DNA of 45,266 bases from Candidatus Aminicenantes bacterium (GTDB taxonomy: Bacteria; Acidobacteriota; Aminicenantia; Aminicenantales; JAFGBC01), in the NCBI GenBank assembly GCA_022867325.1, contig JALHUR010000146.1, positions 1 through 45,266 of the forward strand, given 5' to 3'. The translations under genes and the position numbers were made by a program. This document shows, piece by piece, positions 27,703 to 35,241 of the stretch (the stretch's first letter is position 1; each line of letters begins with the position of its first letter). The notes under the pieces are model-generated. The model saw nothing but the letters and a program-made list of their open reading frames with translations, was not told the DNA's origin and ran no database searches.

Positions 27703-28490
27703 TTAATAAACCCCCTTCGCTTAAGCCAATCTTCAAGAGCTTCCATTGTTATATCTTCAGCGTCGCTTTTGTATTTTTGACATGCTTGTTCTAGAGCATC
27801 AGCAACCCTTGGTGTTAAATCAATTGTTACTCTCTTGAACTTCTGCTCCTTTACAGTTTTTACAATCTCGGCTGGTGTTTTTTGAGGATTCTCTCTTTCC
27901 ACATCAATTATTTTTCTTCTGTCTTCACTGCGAGGGGTTTCCTTAATTTTCTCTGCGATTTTCACAGCTTTTTTTTCATCTGAGATGTTTTTTGCTATTC
28001 TGGTAGCGGTAGAAGCACTTAGTTTCCCTTCGTCTACCATTTTTTTAATAGGTTCTGGTACCGCAGCATATCCTAGATAATTTCTTACAGTTTGGGGTGA
28101 TACACCAAGATGTTCTGCCACTTTATTAACAGAGCTAAACTTGTTCAACAACTCTGTAGCAACTTGCATTTTATCACGATATTCAAGTTCGAGGCGGTGA
28201 ATATTCTCGCTAAAAGATTTGATAGTAGCATCTGTTTCATCCTTTACAATAGTTATAAGGGCAGGAATCTCTCTCAATCCCAGTTTTTTGCAGGCAAGAA
28301 GGCGTCGCTGTCCAATTAATAGTTCGTATCTGTCTTCCTTTTGGAAAACCACAACTGGCTGCTGAACACCTATTTCTCTGATACTGTTAGCAAGTTCATC
28401 AATGCCCTCCTCAAGATTAGATTTTCGGACATTTGAAACGCTTATATCTATTTTATCCAATGGTAGGTATTCAAATTTTAATTTTTTCAT
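27699..28490 (-). CDS. ParB/Srx N-terminal domain protein with HTH and RHH-like C-terminus (IbrB/DndB-like position)
   Basis: The start is taken at ATG 28490 (MKKLKFEYLPLDKI), with GGAGAGG 11 nt upstream; the track start is 28532. ParB N-domain blocks are LPLDKIDISVSNVRK, IDELANSIREIGVQQPVVV and the arginine motif LLIGQRRLLACKKLG. The HTH is VAEHLGVSPQTVRNYL. Confidence 0.8.
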   Translation of the reverse strand: MKKLKFEYLPLDKIDISVSNVRKSNLEEGIDELANSIREIGVQQPVVVFQKEDRYELLIGQRRLLACKKLGLREIPALITIVKDETDATIKSFSENIHRLELEYRDKMQVATELLNKFSSVNKVAEHLGVSPQTVRNYLGYAAVPEPIKKMVDEGKLSASTATRIAKNISDEKKAVKIAEKIKETPRSEDRRKIIDVERENPQKTPAEIVKTVKEQKFKRVTIDLTPRVADALEQACQKYKSDAEDITMEALEDWLKRRGFIK

Positions 28491-28534
28491 TTTTATCAAT
28501 CCTCTCCATATGTCTACCTTTCGCCTAAACACTA

Positions 28535-28563
28535 AGTATACGACGTATGGCGTATATTTTCAA
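28535..28563 (-). promoter_or_regulatory. Sigma70-type promoter of the ParB/PAPS-reductase operon, with a palindrome in the spacer
   Basis: On the minus strand: TTGAAA (28563-28558), a 17-nt spacer, then TATACT (28540-28535). On the plus strand, aagtatacg-acgtatgg-cgtatattt (28534-28559) forms an 8/9 inverted repeat that overlaps the -10 element and the spacer. Confidence 0.45.
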
Positions 28564-28748
28564 TTTATCCCAACTTCGTTATTTGTACCAGTTAGCATGG
28601 TTATCATGACACTATGGAGCCTGTTGCGTGATTCGCATTTGAAGCGCGTCTGACATGGATTTTTATAGGCTACGCCGGAGTGCCGAGAGTTCTCGGCGAG
28701 CGTTTCGAGTAGAAATCATTTTCCACGATTCTTGCGATTGTTGAAGCG

Positions 28749-29096
28749 ATGCTTGAAAAGTACGATGATGACAATGAGCTAAAAGCATGCGTTTATAAAT
28801 CGCTCACGGGCATGCTGGAGTTTCAATCGACTCACCCTGAAGAGAATCAGTACGAGATCATTTGGCTGATCTACTTCATCAAGAGTGTTTTACGTAAGCA
28901 AATTAGCCACCGTAATAATTATTCCAACGATCTTGTAAGGACCGTTGCGACTGAGAATCGCGAGTTCTTTAGAGCTTTCAGTGACGCCAAGTTCTTTAAT
29001 ATGCCGACTTTACCTGTATCGCGAAATCATCTGCTCCAGCATTTGGCCATCTTTTGGGCGAAGCAAGCAGACGAAGCAATCAATGGTCCAGAATAG
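28749..29096 (+). CDS. Hypothetical protein (115 aa), cassette-like orphan
   Basis: Plus-strand ORF with plausible composition, immediately followed by an attC-like imperfect palindrome. No family recognised. It could be a gene fragment. Confidence 0.4.
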   Translation: MLEKYDDDNELKACVYKSLTGMLEFQSTHPEENQYEIIWLIYFIKSVLRKQISHRNNYSNDLVRTVATENREFFRAFSDAKFFNMPTLPVSRNHLLQHLAIFWAKQADEAINGPE

Positions 29097-29184
29097 TCTG
29101 AACGAATTTGAATGATATACGAATGGTCGGGCGTATAATAAATCGCTGGAGCGGACTCGGCCAGAGCGCGCAAATCCGTTGACA
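29097..29184 (+). other. Degenerate attC-like element
   Basis: It starts right after the stop codon of the 115-aa ORF. The 13-nt blocks ctgaacgaatttg (29098-29110) and caaatccgttgac (29171-29183) are a 10/13 inverted repeat. They contain an R''-like TCTGAAC and an R'-like GTTGACA. Internally, tatacgaa...cgta resembles the left half of attC-like site 2. It fits the RYYYAAC/GTTRRRY consensus only partly. Confidence 0.3.
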
Positions 29185-29235
29185 ATAGTATTGCTGGGCC
29201 GATCAGCTCGCGGTCGTTTGGCACAAGGAGGTGAC

Positions 29236-29997
29236 ATGAAAAAACCGTGGGTTACAATAAGTATGGTAATGCTCATAATATGTGGTACGGCGTGGGGGCA
29301 ACAGACAAACCTATACGACGACCGCCCCAAGATCACGGTGAACGGCGAAGCGGTTGTGAATGTGGAGCCGGACAAGATCGTAATTAACTTTGGGATCGAA
29401 ACCTGGGATACCGACATCGTTGTCGCCAAGCAAAAGAACAACGAGATCCTGAAGAAGGCTAAAGCGGCGATGAGGGAATCGGGCGTACCAGAAAGGGAGA
29501 TCCAGACGGATTACCTGTCCATAGAGCCGCGATGGAAGAGCGAATACCGCAAGGAAGATTTCCTCGGGTACTTTGTCCGCAATACTGTTGTGGTGACGCT
29601 CACAGATGCGGCCAAAGTCGAAAAGCTGGTCACAGAGGTTCTTCAGGCCGGAGTCAACTACATTCACGGTATTGATTTTCAGACAACCGAGTTCAAGAAA
29701 TACCGTGAGCAAGCGCGCGAACTGGCGCTCAAGGCCGCCAAGGAGAAGGCAGACAAGATGGCGGCTGTCCTCGGCCAGTCCGTCGGCGCGCCTATCCAGA
29801 TCAACGAGAGCCATGGAGGGTCGCCCTGGTGGTACTGGTCAAGTTGGTCCGGATGGGGATACGGCCGAAATCAGAGCATGTCCCAAAATGTCGTTCAGAA
29901 TGTGCAAGGCAGCTCAGGCGAGATCAGCGAGACCATTTCCCTCGGCAAGATATCAATCCGGGCGGCTGTTACAGTGACTTTTGAACTCAAGAAATGA
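29236..29997 (+). CDS. SIMPL/DUF541 domain periplasmic protein (BP26/Omp28-like)
   Basis: The ATG at 29236 is preceded by AGGAGG. Signal peptide MKKPWVTISMVMLIICGTAWG, then ITVNGEAVVNVEPDKIVINFGIE... and the C-terminal strand ISIRAAVTVTFEL typical of the family. The track start at 29179 is a TTG inside the preceding attC-like element. Confidence 0.7.
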   Translation: MKKPWVTISMVMLIICGTAWGQQTNLYDDRPKITVNGEAVVNVEPDKIVINFGIETWDTDIVVAKQKNNEILKKAKAAMRESGVPEREIQTDYLSIEPRWKSEYRKEDFLGYFVRNTVVVTLTDAAKVEKLVTEVLQAGVNYIHGIDFQTTEFKKYREQARELALKAAKEKADKMAAVLGQSVGAPIQINESHGGSPWWYWSSWSGWGYGRNQSMSQNVVQNVQGSSGEISETISLGKISIRAAVTVTFELKK

Positions 29998-30049
29998 TTA
30001 TCGTCCCAAGGAGTGTAGACGATATGGATCAATATAATCATTGTTAGGC
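29980..30049 (+). other. attC-like element at the right end of the island
   Basis: It ends in a canonical core, GTTAGGC (30043-30049), preceded by a single t as in sites 1 and 2. An 8-bp stem atgattat (29994-30001) pairs with ataatcat (30034-30041), and an inner hairpin is cgtc...gacg. The R'' is weak (TTTGAAC, 29980-29986). The element overlaps the SIMPL stop codon. Confidence 0.35.
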
Positions 30050-30073
30050 GTACCAACAAAGGGGCGCCCATGG

Positions 30074-30105
30074 AAAAAGCCCTGTCGGACTAGATCCGGC
30101 AGCGC
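30074..30105 (+). repeat. Right copy of the 32-bp direct repeat bracketing the island (attR-like)
   Basis: aaaaagccctgtcggaCtagatccggcagcgc, 31/32 identical to 16988-17019. Weaker gapped similarity continues for about 18 nt (..ta.gc..gg.gtcatc). Confidence 0.85.
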
Positions 30106-30199
30106 TATAAGCGGGTCATCCTCGATCGACCTCGTCTCCCATCTCGCCGAGCACCGGAAGTTTCTCCGGATGGGATAGATTAAGCCGGGGACGCGGGAA

Positions 30200-31795
30200 T
30201 TATTTTTCGCCCTCATCGCCGACGACGGGGAGCAGCAGCCGGTTCGTCTCCGAGCGCTGCTCGCCGATGCTCGTCACGAAGATGGCCGGATCGTCGACGA
30301 CCGGGCATTTGTTCTCGCAGATGCCGCAGCCGATGCACAGGTCCAGGTCGATGACGGGCGCTTTCTGGGTCGCGACCGTTCCGTCCGGGAGCTGGGTCTG
30401 GACCATCACGAGCTTGATGGCTTTGGGCGAGGTCGGGCAGTGCTCCTCGCAGACGATGCAGGGCCTGCCCAGGACATAAGGGATACAGCGGCTCTTGTTG
30501 ATCCAGGCCGTCCCGATCTTGACCTTGGTCTTGTCCTCGATCGTGAGCTTGCGGATCGCGTCCGTCGGGCAGACCTGGGTGCAGAGCGAGCAGTAATACT
30601 CGCAGTAGCCGATTTTCGGGACGAGCATCGGCGTCCAGATCCCCTCGGGCCCGGCCTCGGCCAGCGTCGGCTGAAGGCCGTTGGTCGGGCAGGCCTTCAT
30701 GCATTCCCCGCATTTAACGCACGTGGCCAGGAATTGGTTTTCGGGAAGGGCGCCGGGCGGCCGGATGAGCTTGAGGTGAGCGCGCTTGCGGGCCGGCGTG
30801 ATTCTGAATAAGGGCACGGCGGCCAGCCCGACCAGCGAGGCGAGAACGAACCGGCGTTTGCGGACGTCGATCGTCTTGATGCTCTCGGGCTTGGCCGACC
30901 CCGGGAACCCGATGGCGGCCGTGGGGCAGATGGCGGCGCAGGTCGCGCAGTAGACGCATTCCGAGCTCCGCCACTTGGGGTTGGGGTAGGGTTCGGCCTG
31001 GGTCTGGCAATGCTGCGTGCACAGTCCGCACTTGATGCAGGCGTCCTGGTCGATCCTGAGCTTGAGGACGTTCCAGCGCGCGGCCAGGCCGAGGAGCGCC
31101 CCGGCCGGACAGAGATAGCGGCACCAGAACCGCTCCTTCCACAGGTTGAGAAGGACGGCCCCGATGAAAAGGATTCCGATCGCGAATCCCTGCACGAAAA
31201 CCGCGTTGACGGCCAGGTTTTCGAGGAACTGGGACAGGGGTTGGGCCAGGGAGGGGAGATGGATCCCGTAGAGGAGCCTGACGACCGCGGAGAATACAAC
31301 AGCCTTGGCCGGGAGGACGGCCGTCGTGAAGGAACGGACCAGGAAGGACATAGGATCGAGGAATCCGGCCAAGTTGAGGGTAAACACGGCTCCGCTGACG
31401 ACGGCGGCCAGGACGAGGTATTTCCATCCCGTCGACGCCGTTTCTTCCCGTTTGGGGTTGAGGAGCTTGGCCTTTTTAAAGATAAAGGAAAAGGCCTGAT
31501 GGATCGAACCCAAGGGACAGGCCCAGCCGCAAACGACCCGGCCCAGCAGCACCGTTAAGAACAAAGTGGCCGCCGCCAGCCAGAGCTCGGCGAAAAAAGC
31601 CCGGCCGGCGACGAGGGTCGCCAGGGCGATCAGCGGGTCGAAATGGAAAAAGGCATCGACCGGCTTCTTGATGTAGTCCTCGCCCGTGTAGTGGGAAACG
31701 AGAAGGAGATAGACGAACAGCCCGAGGAATGCGGCCTGGCTCAGAATCCGGAGAGTCCGGATGAGCCGGTATTTCTTAGACGGTTCTTTTTTCAA
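30200..31795 (-). CDS. Membrane-bound polyferredoxin (NapH/MauN-like 4Fe-4S protein)
   Basis: 531 aa with N-terminal TM helices. Motifs: CPLGS, CRYLCPAGA, and multiple CxxCxxCxxxCP motifs (CIKCGLCTQHC, CVYCATCAAICP, CVKCGECMKACP, CSLCTQVCP, CIVCEEHCP, CIGCGICENKCP). Confidence 0.85.
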   Translation of the reverse strand: MKKEPSKKYRLIRTLRILSQAAFLGLFVYLLLVSHYTGEDYIKKPVDAFFHFDPLIALATLVAGRAFFAELWLAAATLFLTVLLGRVVCGWACPLGSIHQAFSFIFKKAKLLNPKREETASTGWKYLVLAAVVSGAVFTLNLAGFLDPMSFLVRSFTTAVLPAKAVVFSAVVRLLYGIHLPSLAQPLSQFLENLAVNAVFVQGFAIGILFIGAVLLNLWKERFWCRYLCPAGALLGLAARWNVLKLRIDQDACIKCGLCTQHCQTQAEPYPNPKWRSSECVYCATCAAICPTAAIGFPGSAKPESIKTIDVRKRRFVLASLVGLAAVPLFRITPARKRAHLKLIRPPGALPENQFLATCVKCGECMKACPTNGLQPTLAEAGPEGIWTPMLVPKIGYCEYYCSLCTQVCPTDAIRKLTIEDKTKVKIGTAWINKSRCIPYVLGRPCIVCEEHCPTSPKAIKLVMVQTQLPDGTVATQKAPVIDLDLCIGCGICENKCPVVDDPAIFVTSIGEQRSETNRLLLPVVGDEGEK

Positions 31796-32687
31796 CGGTC
31801 AGTTTCTCCAGCTCATGGGTTCCCAGTCCGCGCTCTTGCGCTATCCTTAAATAGAGGAGCTCCCGGGGCTGAATCTCGAAGAAAGTCGCGCCCATGGCGT
31901 CCACGGCGACGGGATCGCGGCCGGCGACGACGGTCTTGACGAGCTTCGTGTCCGAGAGCCGCCCGCCCTGGGGGCCGTTGGCGACCAGGATCCGGTAGGC
32001 GTCGAGGACGGTCAGCGTCGGCTTGAAAAATGCGGCCAGGTCGACCATGGCCTCGTCGAGCTTTTGATGGAGCTGATTCCGGGCGCCTCCGATCGCGCCC
32101 AGCCAGTTCTTCATCCCCATCGAGAGCCGGGACAGGCTGTGGACCTTGGCGATCGGGACGTTGATGATTTTATCGGTCTCGAGGAAATCGGCGAAGACCT
32201 CCCACTCCTTGAGCCAGGCGCCCCCCAGGGCCGTCTTTTTGAGACGGTAATCGTCCGTGAACAGGACCTTGGCGCCGGCCTGCTTGGCGGCTTCGGCGAT
32301 CCCCGACCGGACGTAGCAGCGCTTGGCCTGGTTCGTCGTGTTGTCCATGACGACGACATCCTTGGCCCCCGCCTCCAACGCGAGAGCGGCCAGGGTCGCG
32401 ACGACTTCGGGGTTCGTGCAGGCCGCCATCTCGGGCGTCCGGTCCCAGCCGATGTTGGGCTTGAGGATGACCTTGTCTCCGCGCCCGACGAAGGCCTTCA
32501 TTCCGCCCAGGGCTTCGACGGCCGCCCTGGTGATGGCGGCGGGAGATTCGCCCGTGACGGCGGCCAGGTCGGGCCCGGTCTTGTCTTGGGCCGGAAGCGG
32601 CGGGCGCATGCCGCCCAGAAGCTCGGGTCCGAACTTGAGGGCGAGTCCTCCGAGCGCGATCTCTTTGAGTATGTCGCGTCTTTTCAT
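31776..32687 (-). CDS. DUF362 domain protein with twin-arginine signal
   Basis: 303 aa. MKRRDILKEIALGGLA is a Tat-like signal; the DUF362-like body includes VILKPNIGW and INVPIAKVH. It overlaps the polyferredoxin gene by 20 nt. Confidence 0.75.
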   Translation of the reverse strand: MKRRDILKEIALGGLALKFGPELLGGMRPPLPAQDKTGPDLAAVTGESPAAITRAAVEALGGMKAFVGRGDKVILKPNIGWDRTPEMAACTNPEVVATLAALALEAGAKDVVVMDNTTNQAKRCYVRSGIAEAAKQAGAKVLFTDDYRLKKTALGGAWLKEWEVFADFLETDKIINVPIAKVHSLSRLSMGMKNWLGAIGGARNQLHQKLDEAMVDLAAFFKPTLTVLDAYRILVANGPQGGRLSDTKLVKTVVAGRDPVAVDAMGATFFEIQPRELLYLRIAQERGLGTHELEKLTVEKRTV

Positions 32688-32693
32688 GTCCGC

Positions 32694-33971
32694 TCATCCT
32701 TTTCCGAGGGAATGAATATAGTCCATTATACCCTCAAAAATACCCTGGGCAACGGCCTGCCGGTAGGCGTCCGCCTTGAGGCGCGATTCGTCCTTGGTGT
32801 TGCTGAGATGAGTCGTCTCGACGAGGATGGACGGCATATCGCCGCCGATCAGGACCCAGAACGGGCCGCCCTTGACCCCGATGCTTCGGATCCCGTCGAA
32901 GGACCGGCCCAGGGCCTTGACCAGGCTCTGCTGGACCCGGCCGGCCAGCTCCCGCGACTCGAGGACCTTGGTATGGAGAAAGATCTGTTTGCTGATTTCG
33001 ACCATGGCGCCCATGGTCTTGGTCGAGGTCGCGTTTTCGCGGGCCGCGATCTCCATGACGGCCGGGTCGGGGTTGACGTTGAGGAAAAAAGTTTCCACCC
33101 CCGTCTTCTTCCGGTTCCGGTTGGCGTTGAGATGGATGGAGACGAAAAGGTCCGCTTTTTTTTGATTGGCGATGACGGTCCGGTCGGTGAGTTCGATGAA
33201 GATGTCCGATTCCCGGGTCAGGATGACGTTGAGGCCGCCCCGGTTTTCGAGGAGTTTCTGGAGGCGGAGGGAGAGGTCGAGCGCGACGTCCTTTTCCTTA
33301 AGGCCCGACTTCCCGATGCAGCCCGGATCCGGACCGCCGTGGCCCGGATCGATGACGATGGTTTTAGCCCCCAGCCCGAGCTGGCGGGCCAGGCTGTATC
33401 CGGCCGCCGTCGGCTGGGCCGGCTGAAGCGAGGCCGGGAGCTTCGACCCGGGCTCGGTTGTCGGAGGCTGAGCCTGGGGTTTGTCCTTGGCTTCGGGAGG
33501 AGGAGCGGCCACGGCGGCTTCCGGGCCCTGGGTTTCGGGGCTCCCGGCCGCTTTGGCGGCAGCCGGCTTGGGATTGATGTCCAGGACGATGCGAAACGGG
33601 TCGAACAGGTGATAGACCCGATAGCTCTCGATCTTCTTGAAGTCGACGTCGACGGCAAACCGCACCGTCGACGGCGATTTCTGGGCGATCCGGATCGAGC
33701 TGATGTAGTCGGCCTTGACCGAAACGTCCTGGCCGTGGAGGATGGGGTTGAGCTTGGCCTCGAGGATGTCGACGACGATCCGGTCCGGGCCGCGAAGCTC
33801 GCTCGCCGCGTACTCCCGGAGCTTGCCGATGTCGACGACGATCCGGGTGAAGTTGGGATGGACGTGGTGACGGAGGCTGTAAATCTCGACCCGGGTGTCC
33901 TGGCCGGCGAGGAGAGGCAGGACGAGGGCGGCTCCCAGGAGAGCGAGGCGGACGGCCCGGCTCACTGACAC
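32694..33971 (-). CDS. N-acetylmuramoyl-L-alanine amidase (AMIN domain + Amidase_3, AmiC type)
   Basis: 425 aa with a signal peptide and an AMIN-like N-domain (FTRIVVDI...VRFAVDV). Catalytic blocks are VIDPGHGGPDPG, FVSIHLNA and GVETFFLN. Confidence 0.9.
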   Translation of the reverse strand: MSVSRAVRLALLGAALVLPLLAGQDTRVEIYSLRHHVHPNFTRIVVDIGKLREYAASELRGPDRIVVDILEAKLNPILHGQDVSVKADYISSIRIAQKSPSTVRFAVDVDFKKIESYRVYHLFDPFRIVLDINPKPAAAKAAGSPETQGPEAAVAAPPPEAKDKPQAQPPTTEPGSKLPASLQPAQPTAAGYSLARQLGLGAKTIVIDPGHGGPDPGCIGKSGLKEKDVALDLSLRLQKLLENRGGLNVILTRESDIFIELTDRTVIANQKKADLFVSIHLNANRNRKKTGVETFFLNVNPDPAVMEIAARENATSTKTMGAMVEISKQIFLHTKVLESRELAGRVQQSLVKALGRSFDGIRSIGVKGGPFWVLIGGDMPSILVETTHLSNTKDESRLKADAYRQAVAQGIFEGIMDYIHSLGKG

Positions 33972-34008
33972 GCTCTTCGTCTTCGTCCTTTCCGGCGTCG
34001 TCGGATCG

Positions 34009-35232
34009 TCAAGCGCCGTATTTCTTGAGCTTCAGACCATGGGCCAGCATCAGGGGCATGGCCTGGAGCGCAGGGAAACAGCCCAAGATCCCCCGGCCGC
34101 AGTCCCGCTCGCTGAAACGCGTCACCGCGTCGGGGAGGGCGTATTTGGAGACCAGGCAGAAGGGGTTCGGATGCCAGGAATGCCCCTTGAGGAGCGCGGG
34201 CGTCGAGTGGTCCGAGGTGATGACGAGGACGTCGGGCCCCAGGGCGGACAGGCGCGGGAGGAAAGCGTCGATCTCCTCGATGGCCGCGACCTTGGCGGCG
34301 AAATTTCCGTCCTCCCCGGCCGAGTCCGTTTTCTTGTAGTGGATGTAAAAAAAATCGAAGTTCTTGTAGTGCTTTTCCAGGGCGTCGAACAGCGAGGACG
34401 TTTCGGCGCCGGCGTCGAGGACGGACATGCCCAGAAGCCGTGCCAGTCCCTTGTACATGGGGTAGTTGGCGACGGCGGCGGGCCTGATCCGGTATAGGTC
34501 GGACATCGAGGGGATGGAGGGGAACTTGGAGAAGCCCCGGACGAGGATCGTATTGGCGACGGGCTCGTCCTTGAGGAGGTCCGTCACCCAATCCAGGAAG
34601 CGGTTGACGACGGCGGCCGCCCTCTCCGCCTCCGGGGCGAGCGGCTTGGCCGGGACGCGGGGTTTTCCCTCTTTTTGGGGGTCGGCGTCGCTCAGGCGGT
34701 CGTCGAGCCCTTCCCCGCTGAAGCGGGCCACGAACCTGTGTTCCTTGCCGGGGAAAAGCCTGACTTCGACGTCCTCGAAGGGCGCTTTCGCGCCCTTCGA
34801 GGACGCGAAGGCGGCGTTAATCCCTTGGCAAATCCTGGCGTTGATTTCGGTCGCGAGCCGGCCGGCGCGGCGGTCCGTGACGAGGCCGGCCTTGAAGGTC
34901 GCGAAGTTGCCGCGGGCGACCAGGTCGTTCGGACCGACCTCGACGCCCGAACCGAGGGCCTCGAGAATACCGCGGCCGAGCTGGTGCCGGAGAGGATCGT
35001 AGCCGAACAGGGACAGATGGGCCGGTCCGCTTCCGGGCGTGATTCCGGGCAGGACGGGATTTGTCAGGCCGCAGGCGCCGCGGGCGGCCAGGGCGTCCAG
35101 GTTCGGCGTGCGGGCCGTCTCGAGCTCGGTCTTGCCGTCGACGGGGAGGCCGCCCATCCCGTCCAGGACGAGCAGGACGATCTTGGCGTCGTTGGATACG
35201 GTAAGGTCCTTGGCGAGCGTTTCCCAATCCAT
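34009..35232 (-). CDS. apgM: Cofactor-independent phosphoglycerate mutase, archaeal-type (ApgM family)
   Basis: 407 aa. KIVLLVLDGMGGLP...TPNLDALAARGACG at the N-terminus and VITSDHSTP in the C-terminal metal-binding block. Confidence 0.8.
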   Translation of the reverse strand: MDWETLAKDLTVSNDAKIVLLVLDGMGGLPVDGKTELETARTPNLDALAARGACGLTNPVLPGITPGSGPAHLSLFGYDPLRHQLGRGILEALGSGVEVGPNDLVARGNFATFKAGLVTDRRAGRLATEINARICQGINAAFASSKGAKAPFEDVEVRLFPGKEHRFVARFSGEGLDDRLSDADPQKEGKPRVPAKPLAPEAERAAAVVNRFLDWVTDLLKDEPVANTILVRGFSKFPSIPSMSDLYRIRPAAVANYPMYKGLARLLGMSVLDAGAETSSLFDALEKHYKNFDFFYIHYKKTDSAGEDGNFAAKVAAIEEIDAFLPRLSALGPDVLVITSDHSTPALLKGHSWHPNPFCLVSKYALPDAVTRFSERDCGRGILGCFPALQAMPLMLAHGLKLKKYGA

Positions 35233-35241
35233 GTCGGCATT

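Larger units (their letters stand above)
17020..30073. mobile_element. AT-rich genomic island (~13 kb) with attC-like sites and no integrase
   Basis: There is an abrupt compositional change (about 33% G+C in sampled lines vs about 70% in the flanks). The island is bracketed by the 32-bp direct repeats, has transposase remnants at its left end, and carries accessory-type cargo. Confidence 0.7.

Noticed and set aside
28523-28597. A possible third full attC site (GCCTAAAC ... GTTAGCA) upstream of the ParB-like gene
   Set aside because: R'' has an extra A, and GTTAGCA violates GTTRRRY. No outer stem connects the two ends; only a local tatacg/cgtata hairpin forms. I keep it only as a possible attC remnant within the promoter finding.
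17020-30073. The island as an assembly chimera between a high-GC and a low-GC organism
   Set aside because: I cannot exclude this without reads. However, a near-identical 32-mer with one substitution at both junctions, a restored etfA stop, and GC-rich IS debris grading into AT-rich DNA are more consistent with a real insertion. It is listed as a check under the island finding.
29998-30216. 72-aa minus-strand ORF at the right island junction
   Set aside because: It spans the attC-like element, the direct repeat and the 3' end of the polyferredoxin gene. It is most likely a chance ORF across a junction.
32064-33968. 634-aa plus-strand ORF
   Set aside because: It is antisense to the DUF362 and amidase genes. 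Shadow-frame composition.
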